DNA from: a virus
Taxonomy: Duplodnaviria > Caudoviricetes
IMG/VR virus record: IMGVR_UViG_3300020476_000002
Coordinates: 1 to 59,966 of that record
Reading direction: 5' to 3' (one strand)
DNA: 59,966 bases
How positions within the stretch are numbered: the stretch's first letter is position 1; each line of letters begins with the position of its first letter. This document shows positions 19,474 through 28,029 of this stretch, in pieces. The notes below the pieces were generated by a model. That model saw only the letters and a program-made list of their open reading frames with translations, did no database searches and was not told the DNA's origin. The position numbers and the translations under genes are program-made.

Positions 19474-21401
19474 GTTTCAACGCCGAGTCGTTGCCGATTG
19501 AATTAAACGGCGTTTCTTATCTTGTAGATACGGCTGAGTATCGACGAACAACTGTTCCTGTTTCACGTCAACAACGAGACAACAGCAGGGAACCCGGCGA
19601 AAATACTTTAGATACAACAGGTGCATGGGTACGTTCCCAAACCGATTGGTCTTATGGGGCTGGTCAACTCTATTTAGATAACGAAGACTCAGACCGGCGA
19701 CGATTCTATGAATCTGTTGGTGTTGATATTTGGACTCGGGGACAAATCACGTTGCTTCCTATCGCTGAAACCCCCGGCGCATTACCGGCAACATCATTTA
19801 TTGCAGGTGAAATACTTGTTCACCGAGTAGTTCAGGATTCTACTGGCACAGAATATTTGTATGTTGCTAACGGCACAACACTTTCTCACACCTCTGATCC
19901 GTTAGCTGGGAGTCCTACTTGGACCAGCATCACTGTTGGAGGGACCACGACCAGCATTACGAGTGATGGTACAAACATTTATCTTGGTTTCGACGGTGTT
20001 ATCGTTGCAGAAAAATCTGTGATCGGTAGTAGCTCAACTGCGACTTTCGGTTCACTCGATCCGAACATTATTAAAGTTGCGGCAGGACGTTTAATCGCTG
20101 CAGAAGGCAACACTATTTATGAATTGGATGCCGCCGGAGCGAAAGCCGCATCATCTTTAGATTATTCTTTGCCGTTGGCTTCAAGTGTGTGGGTAGATGT
20201 GGACGCATGTCCCAACGGTATCTATGCTGCAGCAAACACAGACAACACAGGAACCGTATATTTTATTAGCGTCAACTCAACCGACGGCACACTAGTCACC
20301 CCAATAGTTGCAGGTTCTCTACCTCGTAACGAATCCATTAACGCAATCCTTTCTTATGGACCTGTTCTTTGTTTAGCAACATCACAAGGATTTCGTACTG
20401 CTCTTATCGATGTTGAATCTGGTGGTGTAACAATCGGTTCAGTTATAGACACAGGTGGAGAAGCATACTCACTTGAAGCTGATGGTCGTTTCGTTTGGTG
20501 GGGTGGTGCTTACGGAAATCTTTTTCGTGCTGACCTTACCCGGTTCACTGACACTCTTGTCCCTGCTTATGCTTCGGATCTTGTATCTTCTGTGTCTGCT
20601 ACAGCTACAGATTTGGTTGGCAGCATGACCCGTGTCAATAATGCTGGTAACCCTAAAATGTTTTTTGGTGTAAAGAAAGCATCCGCCGCTGCCATATTAC
20701 AAAACGAATCTAAAGACAATACAAGAGTCGCAAGTGGGACCATGAACGCAGGTGAAATAACTTGGTCAACAGTAGCCCCCAAACTTTTACGTTCAGGTGT
20801 TATCGATCTTGACCGTTCCCAATTCGAACGGTCATCAATTGACTACAGACAGACAGGTATTGCTTATGATCAAACTGGTTACGAATACAGATTTGGTGTC
20901 CCCACATCTGAAGCTGCCGGTGAGATCCGTTTAACTGCCACAAATAATGCTGACGTTAGTGCAACTCTTTTAGACATGGCGACCCAAGTACCACAAACAT
21001 TTGATTTCGGTACAAGCACAGATACAGCTATCTCGTTTGACCTTACAGTCACACTGGTACGGGGAACAAGTGACGCTACAATAGCCCCAATCCTTCACGA
21101 CTGGCAGCTAACTGCAGTTGCAGTACCCCGACGCATTGACGAAATAATTATTCCCATAGTTCTTCGACGAGATCTTCTTACCTCTCGCAATTCAGGTGCC
21201 CCAATTTCTTTAGTAGCAGGCAACACCTTTTCTAATCTTCGAACACTAATGGAGAACGGTACTGCTGTTAGTTATAAAGAAGGAACACGAACAGATACTG
21301 TCACCATTGAAAGATTAGAAATGCAACCTGAACGTCTATCCGACGATGGATCATGGTGGGAAGGTACTCTATTGGCAAGGCTACTTACTGTTCCAGTTTG
21401 A
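19470..21401 (+). CDS. putative tail nozzle (tubular protein B-like, beta-propeller)
   Basis: ATGA overlap start, QTDWSYGAGQ motif, beta-rich. Homologue starts at 58539. Confidence 0.6.
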   Translation: MSFNAESLPIELNGVSYLVDTAEYRRTTVPVSRQQRDNSREPGENTLDTTGAWVRSQTDWSYGAGQLYLDNEDSDRRRFYESVGVDIWTRGQITLLPIAETPGALPATSFIAGEILVHRVVQDSTGTEYLYVANGTTLSHTSDPLAGSPTWTSITVGGTTTSITSDGTNIYLGFDGVIVAEKSVIGSSSTATFGSLDPNIIKVAAGRLIAAEGNTIYELDAAGAKAASSLDYSLPLASSVWVDVDACPNGIYAAANTDNTGTVYFISVNSTDGTLVTPIVAGSLPRNESINAILSYGPVLCLATSQGFRTALIDVESGGVTIGSVIDTGGEAYSLEADGRFVWWGGAYGNLFRADLTRFTDTLVPAYASDLVSSVSATATDLVGSMTRVNNAGNPKMFFGVKKASAAAILQNESKDNTRVASGTMNAGEITWSTVAPKLLRSGVIDLDRSQFERSSIDYRQTGIAYDQTGYEYRFGVPTSEAAGEIRLTATNNADVSATLLDMATQVPQTFDFGTSTDTAISFDLTVTLVRGTSDATIAPILHDWQLTAVAVPRRIDEIIIPIVLRRDLLTSRNSGAPISLVAGNTFSNLRTLMENGTAVSYKEGTRTDTVTIERLEMQPERLSDDGSWWEGTLLARLLTVPV

Positions 21402-21410
21402 TAAGGGTGT

Positions 21411-22166
21411 ATGGCTAAGATTCTTTTCTTCGACATTGAAACTGCACCCAACATGTCTTACGTGTGGGGTCAATGGCAACAAGATGTTATCGACCACGTA
21501 CAAGAGTGGTACATACTGTGCTTCTCTTACAAATGGGAAGGCCAAAAGAAAACACACGTAGTTTCACTCAACGACTTTGATCTCTACTCCGAAGATTTAG
21601 AAAATGATTTCAATGTTGTCCACAAACTCTGGGAACTATTAGACGAAGCTGACATCGTTATTGGCCACAACTCAGACGCATTCGATATAAAGAAAGCTAA
21701 CGCACGATTCGTCTACCATGATTTCGGTCCTCCGAGCCATTACCACACCGTTGATACATTAAAGATCGCACGACGACATTTCAAATTTAATAGCAATAGA
21801 CTTGGACATCTCGGAGAACACCTTGGACTTGGGGGTAAAGAAGTCACAGGAGGATTTCAAACATGGGCAGGATGCATGAGAGGTGACGCTAAAGCATGGG
21901 CAACCATGAAAAAATATGCTAAACAAGATGTCGATTTACTTGTCGATGTTTATGAACGATTGCGTCCTTGGGCTACAAACCACCCAAATAGAAACGTCAT
22001 CGACCAAACCACGTTCGCTTGCCCAACGTGCGGCAGCAACAGGCTGCATAAGCGTGGTGTTAGGCAGACACGCACACTGACCTACCAGCAATACCAATGC
22101 CACCGCTGTAAAGCGTACTGTAGAGAGCGGTTGGCGCAACAAGTTGAACGACCTGAAGTTGTTTAA
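21411..22166 (+). CDS. DEDDy 3'-5' exonuclease (RNase_H_2-like) with C-terminal zinc ribbon
   Basis: FDIET, GHNSDAFD and YAKQDV Exo I-III motifs; CPTC...CHRC. Confidence 0.85.
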   Translation: MAKILFFDIETAPNMSYVWGQWQQDVIDHVQEWYILCFSYKWEGQKKTHVVSLNDFDLYSEDLENDFNVVHKLWELLDEADIVIGHNSDAFDIKKANARFVYHDFGPPSHYHTVDTLKIARRHFKFNSNRLGHLGEHLGLGGKEVTGGFQTWAGCMRGDAKAWATMKKYAKQDVDLLVDVYERLRPWATNHPNRNVIDQTTFACPTCGSNRLHKRGVRQTRTLTYQQYQCHRCKAYCRERLAQQVERPEVV

Positions 22167-22330
22167 TATCCGTTGTACCTAGCAGGTAATGTGCGTTCCA
22201 TATCTGGTGCAAGAATACGTTTCTTACATTTACGGCAACGACATTCACCAACAACATACTTAGCTATAGTGCCGTGCTTTTTGAAGTCTTTCTTTTCCCA
22301 ACGGATGTGACCAAGGTCATCAGTAAACAT
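22163..22330 (-). CDS. 55-aa HGT..Y..CRCxxC zinc-binding protein
   Basis: Hand translation MFTDDLG...KHGTIAKYVVGECRCRKC. TGATG-coupled to the upstream ORF. Confidence 0.6.
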   Translation of the reverse strand: MFTDDLGHIRWEKKDFKKHGTIAKYVVGECRCRKCKKRILAPDMERTLPARYNGY

Positions 22331-22500
22331 CAGTAATCTTCAGGATTAGAAGCATCGTCCTTAAATAGATGGGCTACACGATCGGCTTCCTCTTTGCTAC
22401 GGAACCATTCCCGTATTTGTCTATCGCATAGAACTGCATACCCTCTAACTGTTGGGCCTCCAACAATTCGAGCAGGTATTTCTTCGACTGTTATTTTCAT
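22330..22500 (-). CDS. 56-aa hypothetical protein
   Basis: Hand translation MKITVEEIPARIVGG..., with AGGAG RBS and an upstream extended -10. Confidence 0.6.
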   Translation of the reverse strand: MKITVEEIPARIVGGPTVRGYAVLCDRQIREWFRSKEEADRVAHLFKDDASNPEDY

Positions 22501-22530
22501 GGCTACTCCTAACCACGTTCCCTTAATTTT

Positions 22531-22539
22531 ATTTTACCA
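22531..22539 (-). promoter_or_regulatory. extended -10 element TGGTAAAAT
   Basis: TGn-TAAAAT about 30 nt upstream of the ATG at 22500. Confidence 0.45.
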
Positions 22540-22557
22540 CGCTTAGTGAGTATTAGG

Positions 22558-22605
22558 GCAGGATGCTGAGGGAAGAAAGGAGAGAAACACCCCCAGCATC
22601 CTGTT
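22558..22605 (-). terminator. hairpin ending the leftward recombination operon
   Basis: CAGGATGCTG / CAGCATCCTG perfect 10-bp stem right after the 22613 stop. Confidence 0.65.
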
Positions 22606-22612
22606 ACCGGGT

Positions 22613-23020
22613 CTATTGAACCGGCTTGCCCTTACTTCTGTACTGTGTTTTCAGTTCTCTCATTCTTTCAGCGTTCTCTTTTATAGATAACGATTCTCTC
22701 TTCGCTAACTCTAGTGCATCACTAGTTGCTGAGATGGAAGCAATGTTAGTGGTTTGTTTCTCTGTTTCCTCATGCTTCTCTTTAATTTTTCTGAGTGCTG
22801 TTTCAAACGCTGCTTCACTGAAAGCCCAAGTCACATCTAACGCTTCGTAACATTCCTCTAAGGTCCAGCCAGCATGATGAGCTATCTCTACCACGTGCCG
22901 TATTTTGGCTGGCTTGGCTAACGGTTTTTTCTCCTGTTCTTTCCACCACTGATTGAGCATTTGGGTGGTGTCAGTAAAAGCTGGTTGTTTTTTCACATTC
23001 AGTTTGATTACTTCCCCCAT
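22613..23020 (-). CDS. hypothetical protein
   Basis: 135 aa with AGGAG RBS, within the operon. Confidence 0.6.
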   Translation of the reverse strand: MGEVIKLNVKKQPAFTDTTQMLNQWWKEQEKKPLAKPAKIRHVVEIAHHAGWTLEECYEALDVTWAFSEAAFETALRKIKEKHEETEKQTTNIASISATSDALELAKRESLSIKENAERMRELKTQYRSKGKPVQ

Positions 23021-23360
23021 GTATTCTCTCCTTAATTAGTTGGGCGAAACTGTGTAACTCCATTACAACATAAGCACCACCGGTTCCAAAGTTCCGGCGC
23101 TTCACTAAAGCTGCACCAAATTTTGCGTCTGCATTAATCCTTTCCTGTTCTGTTTCTTTCATTATTTCAGATAAGGACGAGAGGGCATCCTTCCTGTTTT
23201 TGCATTCGAATACAAACTCAGGTAAGTCAACGCATCGGATGTCCCCCACGTCCTTAATTCCGACAAGAGGTAGGCGCATAAACTCTGAACCTATGTAGCG
23301 TTGAAGATACCGAACGCATTCAGTTTCCCACGCAGTCCCCTTCTGTTTGGATTTACTCAC
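22971..23360 (-). CDS. Holliday junction resolvase (Hjc-like PD-(D/E)xK)
   Basis: KQKGTAWE...DVGDI...FECKN motifs. Confidence 0.8.
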   Translation of the reverse strand: MSKSKQKGTAWETECVRYLQRYIGSEFMRLPLVGIKDVGDIRCVDLPEFVFECKNRKDALSSLSEIMKETEQERINADAKFGAALVKRRNFGTGGAYVVMELHSFAQLIKERIHGGSNQTECEKTTSFY

Positions 23361-23641
23361 TGATCACTAATCTCCGGTGGGAGTTCGAAGCCAAGGTAAG
23401 GTTCTTCTACGTGTTCTTGATAGAAATCAAAACTTGTTTGAAGAAGAAATGACATTGCTTGCATCAACTTATTGTTCTCATCCATTTGTCGTTCCGAAGG
23501 ATGATGTTCAAAAGATTCAATGATTTGTGCTGCTCGCATTTCAAACCTAGTAGAAAAATCAGTAGGTACAACGACAGTTATTATTGATAGTTGATTATCC
23601 AACACTGGAACTATAACGCTTGGAAGGTTTTCTTCATCCAT
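23357..23641 (-). CDS. hypothetical protein
   Basis: Translationally coupled on both sides. Confidence 0.6.
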   Translation of the reverse strand: MDEENLPSVIVPVLDNQLSIITVVVPTDFSTRFEMRAAQIIESFEHHPSERQMDENNKLMQAMSFLLQTSFDFYQEHVEEPYLGFELPPEISDQ

Positions 23642-24033
23642 TAAAATGGTTCCTCATCGTCAGCAAATGCAGCTTGAACAGTTTCAACTGCTTGTGCTGC
23701 CACATTACCACGATCATTTCCTTTCGGATACCAACGATATGATGGGCCACCTTCGTCTGCGTAAAGACAAAGTTTGCTGCGTTTCTCACCTTCTTTTGAT
23801 TCCCACTTGTCTTGTTTCATGCGACCAATAAACATGACACGACTACCCTTAGGTATCTCAGCCATACGTTCGGCTAGATCACCGAAACATTTCACATCAA
23901 ACCAGTGAGTTTCTTTCGTGTCATCACGCCCCGTTGTTACAGCTACTGGAACAGTAATGAATGCGTTACCTGACTTGGCGTAACGCAACACCAAATCCGT
24001 ACCAACATTACCTGCTATAGATATATTACTCAT
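23641..24033 (-). CDS. ssb: single-stranded DNA-binding protein
   Basis: OB fold (IAGNVGTD, THWFDVKCFGDLAE, KGSRV) and acidic tail DDEEPF. Start moved to MSNISI. Confidence 0.9.
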   Translation of the reverse strand: MSNISIAGNVGTDLVLRYAKSGNAFITVPVAVTTGRDDTKETHWFDVKCFGDLAERMAEIPKGSRVMFIGRMKQDKWESKEGEKRSKLCLYADEGGPSYRWYPKGNDRGNVAAQAVETVQAAFADDEEPF

Positions 24034-24448
24034 TGCTTTCTTCCTCTCTCTTTTCGAGAATATCTGCGAGAACATAGTTCCCGTCATGTTTATGCCAGAG
24101 ATGCAGACCTAAGCCCAACCTCATCGCACATCTTTTAATACCGTCCGACGCACACGCCTTCAGCCTTGCTCCATCCGTCTTCCAATTGTTCGGATTCTCG
24201 CACTCACCAACCTCTTGTATCGAGGTAGTTCGTCCATCAACATCAACAGTAAGAGTGCAGAGGCAACCAGTAAGAGTACCGTCAGCATCCCGAACAAGAG
24301 TGTCAATAGCAAAATCATGTGGACCTACTATTCCTAATAAGAATTGCGACACAATACCGTGTGGTACATAGGATGCCGCAAATTTTCCCGGTTTAGTTTC
24401 AATGAACTTCTCCGAGAATGGTGTTGCTAACTTACTTAACTGACTCAT
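24026..24448 (-). CDS. Rad52/Sak-like single-strand annealing protein
   Basis: ASYVPH...LKACASDGIKRCAMRLGLGLHLW motif. Confidence 0.8.
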   Translation of the reverse strand: MSQLSKLATPFSEKFIETKPGKFAASYVPHGIVSQFLLGIVGPHDFAIDTLVRDADGTLTGCLCTLTVDVDGRTTSIQEVGECENPNNWKTDGARLKACASDGIKRCAMRLGLGLHLWHKHDGNYVLADILEKREEESNE

Positions 24449-25262
24449 CAGTCTCCTTTATTACTAAATCGATAATGTCTAATATGTTTACGTCGCCATG
24501 CTGTTCACAGATATCAAAGTGAGGACAGTAATTACATTCCCACGGAATCTCTGTGCTCCACCATGATCTCAACCCTTCAGGTATTACACCACTAGTCAAA
24601 TAGTTCTTAGCCATTTGAGCGTGCTGCTCCAAGAAATAAGTAGTAGCAACAGAAATAGATGTGTCGCTCTCATCAATTGGATCGTAGATACTGTAATACC
24701 ATTCAACCATGTCACCGGCACGAGCACTATCTTTCCAACGAGAAGGCGTCGCATCAGTACAGACATACACAAGATGTATCTCTGTCAGCCCCAGCGCTAT
24801 GGCATATGCACACGCTTGGAATAGATGCTCTTCCTTCGGGCCTTCCCTTCTCGCTTTACGGAACCCGTAGTTACGCATGGTTTTAATTTCTAAGACAGTT
24901 CCTTCACGACGACTTGGGTTGTTATGAGATGCATGATAAACACCATCAGCATGACCTGAAGTCATAACGTCAGGCATACTTACAGGCACTTCGCATTCAA
25001 AGTTAGGCACCTTGTCATTGAATGCCTGTTGTATGTGGTCATGCATTGTGTTGCCAAACTCTCTAGCAACATACCCATTGACAGCGTTCTCCCCAGCATC
25101 AACCCGAGGCACACCCATCCCATCGAACACCTGTTTCCTATCACACGTGGTGATATTAGATATTCTCAGGAACGATCCGTCTGCCGTTGGCTTGTTCTCT
25201 GGGTGCCGTATGTATTCACGAAGAGCTAGCTCCGCTGGACCCCGGCCCGTTTCGTACTGCAT
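24432..25262 (-). CDS. Cas4-like PD-(D/E)xK exonuclease
   Basis: N-terminal Cys, GNTMHD, GHADG..LEIKT, QACAY and CNYCPHFDIC Fe-S-type motif. Confidence 0.8.
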   Translation of the reverse strand: MQYETGRGPAELALREYIRHPENKPTADGSFLRISNITTCDRKQVFDGMGVPRVDAGENAVNGYVAREFGNTMHDHIQQAFNDKVPNFECEVPVSMPDVMTSGHADGVYHASHNNPSRREGTVLEIKTMRNYGFRKARREGPKEEHLFQACAYAIALGLTEIHLVYVCTDATPSRWKDSARAGDMVEWYYSIYDPIDESDTSISVATTYFLEQHAQMAKNYLTSGVIPEGLRSWWSTEIPWECNYCPHFDICEQHGDVNILDIIDLVIKETDESVK

Positions 25263-25288
25263 TGTTCTCCCTTTCAAGGTTCAGTTTA

Positions 25289-25438
25289 TCAGTTCCCTCG
25301 GGCCTCATCAATGCGGCGATCCCAATAATCTGATTCAGCAATCGCTCTAGCTTCCTCGATTTCCTCATCAGTGTGCTCATCATCCCAATCTGGTGGTTCC
25401 ATTGCATCATACTGGGCCTCTGCCATTTCAAAACTCAT
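25289..25438 (-). CDS. 49-aa acidic protein
   Basis: Hand translation MSFEMAEAQYDAMEPPDWDDE..., with ATGA overlap and GGAG RBS. Confidence 0.55.
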   Translation of the reverse strand: MSFEMAEAQYDAMEPPDWDDEHTDEEIEEARAIAESDYWDRRIDEARGN

Positions 25439-25857
25439 CCTTCTCCTCCTATTTCTCGGTCAGGAACATAAAGCATTTCCTCTTCATCATGCTCCCAATA
25501 TTGGTGATAATACTCAGCGGTTGAACGCCACATATACTGCGGACCAGCATGACGTTCCTTTCTTCTTGACAACCGAGTCTCTTGCCTATTGCATGATCCA
25601 CACACAACAGGTTCAATCATCCCGGCTTTTTGTGCTCGCTTCATTAATGGACCTAAGAGTCGAGCATTATCTAACTTGACTCCCATCTTTTCCAATTCAA
25701 TGTGAACTTCATCAGTGGTCCATGCTTGCCACGGCCCATTTTTGATTACACATTTCTTGATTGCCATTTTTGCAGCACGCTTCTGGGATGGACGGGCAGA
25801 AGTTTCTACCCGTGCCATCCCTATGTCACGTTGCTGCTGTCCCTCATTCCCCGACAT
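25435..25857 (-). CDS. hypothetical protein (possible winged-helix with CxxC)
   Basis: 140 aa in the operon; contains RHAGPQYMWRS. Confidence 0.6.
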   Translation of the reverse strand: MSGNEGQQQRDIGMARVETSARPSQKRAAKMAIKKCVIKNGPWQAWTTDEVHIELEKMGVKLDNARLLGPLMKRAQKAGMIEPVVCGSCNRQETRLSRRKERHAGPQYMWRSTAEYYHQYWEHDEEEMLYVPDREIGGEG

Positions 25858-26110
25858 AGCTGCGAGCCATATTGTACAAGGCTTTAGCTACAGCGTTAAT
25901 GAAAGCATCATCATCAGGGTCAACAACTGCTGACTCTGCATATTCCTTGATGTAATGCTCGATATCGTTTTCTATAACAGTGGTAACGATATGTTCTACC
26001 TCACCACTGTCTCGGATTACATCAGCACAGATATCACCCACGATGTCACAAAAAGTTCCATCGTTAGCAAAATCGTGTGTGTTTATTTCTACTGTTGCTT
26101 CTATACTCAT
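25844..26110 (-). CDS. acidic hypothetical protein
   Basis: AGGAG RBS, 88 aa. Confidence 0.6.
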   Translation of the reverse strand: MSIEATVEINTHDFANDGTFCDIVGDICADVIRDSGEVEHIVTTVIENDIEHYIKEYAESAVVDPDDDAFINAVAKALYNMARSYVGE

Positions 26111-26122
26111 TTTCTTTCTCCT

Positions 26123-26338
26123 TTATTTATTTCTTGCTTGAAGTATTTGCTCCCGAGTAAATGCATCATGTTCCACCATTGGAGTATCACGCTTTGTTCC
26201 TCTCTTATTTTTTGTTGCCTTATCTTCTTTCCTGAAAACACGCCAAGCTTCACGGCAACCAGCGCACCGGCACCCATTGCTATAAAAATTTGCTGACGGT
26301 TTCCCTTTACAAGAAGCTCTTTGATTAGCCAAAGTCAC
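26123..26338 (-). CDS. Y..GCRCxxC zinc-binding protein
   Basis: FYSNGCRCAGCREAW motif, a type common in actinophages. Confidence 0.65.
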   Translation of the reverse strand: MTLANQRASCKGKPSANFYSNGCRCAGCREAWRVFRKEDKATKNKRGTKRDTPMVEHDAFTREQILQARNK

Positions 26339-26341
26339 ACC

Positions 26342-26575
26342 TCATTGGTCCATCAAATCCTTTATCATGCTGTCAAGATCACCTTCAACATGTGTCAACA
26401 ACTCATGCACTTCGTGAAGACGACCCTTTAAGATTGTTAGGGGAACGTGAAGATACAGTTCACCCTCGACTTGCTCCTCCGTATACTCTTTCTCTAACTC
26501 ATCACGCCGAGCTTGAAGGTACGCCATAATATTTTCAGCAGTAATCAAATCGTGATTACCAATTGTCTTATTCAC
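26342..26575 (-). CDS. hypothetical protein
   Basis: GTGA overlap with the upstream gene. Confidence 0.55.
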   Translation of the reverse strand: MNKTIGNHDLITAENIMAYLQARRDELEKEYTEEQVEGELYLHVPLTILKGRLHEVHELLTHVEGDLDSMIKDLMDQ

Positions 26576-27582
26576 GACTGCTCTCCTACCAAAATCTTGG
26601 CAGCCTTCTCAGTCATCGGTAACTTCCCGAACATCACATTGGCATCATGCCTACGGGCACGTTCCATGCTGCTATTCACACCCTTAACTGATTTATCTTT
26701 CTGCTCCCATGCTTGAACAGCCATGAGTGCACCCCACTTGGTGTTACGCACACTAGCTATATCCTCGTCACGACGGAATCTGTGATTCAAGTCTGATTTC
26801 ACGTTACGCCAACGAGTTAACTGATTGTAATAGCCCTGATGTGATTGAGTATTGCTTCTCCACCACGGCTCTTCAGGTCCACTACCAATGAGATTGATAA
26901 CTAATCCATCCCATTGTTCATCAACGAACTCTTCGTTAGCCATACGTTCAATCTGTTGCTTGTATGTTTCATGTCTTTCATAGCTATCACACAATGCTTG
27001 AACAGCTTCTTGCATCATGCCTTGGGGATCACCCATCTTCTTAAACTTGAAGATAGCGTTCTTATCCAAGATGTTTAGCTTGAAAGTATTCGCACACACA
27101 ACAGCCCGTGCAGACTGAGTAGCAATTAACGGAATACTTTTGTCATGTCCGTTACCAATGTTGAACATCGATTCAACTCTTGACCAACCGGGAATTTCTA
27201 TATCTTCCTTGAACTTCAGAGACACATAACCAACAGCACCATGATCATAGGTACCAACTGATTCGATAGCCTCTACCAGTCCAGTATCGATAAGCAATCC
27301 AGTTAATTCATCAGCCATAAACCGATGTTGAACTATTCGGTATCGATTACTTACTTCAGCATGAGCATATGGATAGTTGACCATCTTTAAGACCTGTCGA
27401 TCCGAAAGTAATTCAGCTACTCCATGATGCTCAATGAGTATCGGTGTACGTTCAACCTCAGACCAGTCAAAGGCTTCACGAGCTTTCTCCCAATCAATAG
27501 GTCCAACGGTACCCATTCCATGCCAAGCAGCCTTACGATATAAGGCATGTTCAGCATCTAATTTTGTCATCCTATGTGACAT
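26572..27582 (-). CDS. DUF932 / LGT_TIGR03299-like phage-plasmid protein
   Basis: AWHGMG, NGHD, VVCANT and TKWGALMAV motifs. Confidence 0.8.
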   Translation of the reverse strand: MSHRMTKLDAEHALYRKAAWHGMGTVGPIDWEKAREAFDWSEVERTPILIEHHGVAELLSDRQVLKMVNYPYAHAEVSNRYRIVQHRFMADELTGLLIDTGLVEAIESVGTYDHGAVGYVSLKFKEDIEIPGWSRVESMFNIGNGHDKSIPLIATQSARAVVCANTFKLNILDKNAIFKFKKMGDPQGMMQEAVQALCDSYERHETYKQQIERMANEEFVDEQWDGLVINLIGSGPEEPWWRSNTQSHQGYYNQLTRWRNVKSDLNHRFRRDEDIASVRNTKWGALMAVQAWEQKDKSVKGVNSSMERARRHDANVMFGKLPMTEKAAKILVGEQS

Positions 27583-27850
27583 CTAATTCCCCTTGTTTAT
27601 TGTTAGCTATTTGTTCTTCAACTTGTTTATTTATTTTGGCCCAATCTTTTTCTCCGATATTGCTGATTGTTAAATTGCCAAAAGATACAGTCCATGTTTT
27701 GTCACTATCAAAATAACTAGCCCAAACATAAGACTCTTTGTCTGGATGCATCGCAACAGACACAGTTAATTTACTGTCGTTGTAAAGATATTCTCTGCGT
27801 TCTTCGCACGCATCATTAACAACAGTTGTACTTATCCTAACATTTTTCAT
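27572..27850 (-). CDS. hypothetical protein
   Basis: ATG at 27850 with AAAGGG RBS. An alternative TTG start is at 27910. Confidence 0.55.
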   Translation of the reverse strand: MKNVRISTTVVNDACEERREYLYNDSKLTVSVAMHPDKESYVWASYFDSDKTWTVSFGNLTISNIGEKDWAKINKQVEEQIANNKQGELDVT

Positions 27851-27950
27851 TACTTTCCCTTTCAATTTGAGATCTTCAGGAGAGGGGATGGTGCCCCATA
27901 TCTGAGACAATCCTTATCCCCTCTCCCTTTCTTGCGACCTTTCAGGAAAT

Positions 27951-27959
27951 ATTATACCA
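27951..27959 (-). promoter_or_regulatory. extended -10 promoter TGGTATAAT
   Basis: Consensus TGn-TATAAT, followed by an 11-bp-stem hairpin (27879..27926). Confidence 0.55.
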
Positions 27960-27963
27960 GCAA

Positions 27964-27994
27964 TAAATACCAAACCCCTTCGGGCTTGTATTTA
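27964..27994 (-). terminator. hairpin downstream of the pentamer array
   Basis: AAATAC-AAGCCC-GAAG-GGGTTT-G-GTATTT followed by ATTG. Confidence 0.5.
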
Positions 27995-28029
27995 ACACAG
28001 GATTAAGCTTCCAAAAGGTCACGTTTTCG

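Noticed and set aside
24432-25262. Cas4 as evidence of a CRISPR-Cas locus
   Set aside because: It sits beside Rad52-like and ssb genes, the usual phage recombination context.
25216-25431. 71-aa ORF from the track
   Set aside because: The alternative frame 25289..25438 has an RBS, an ATGA overlap and a more natural sequence.
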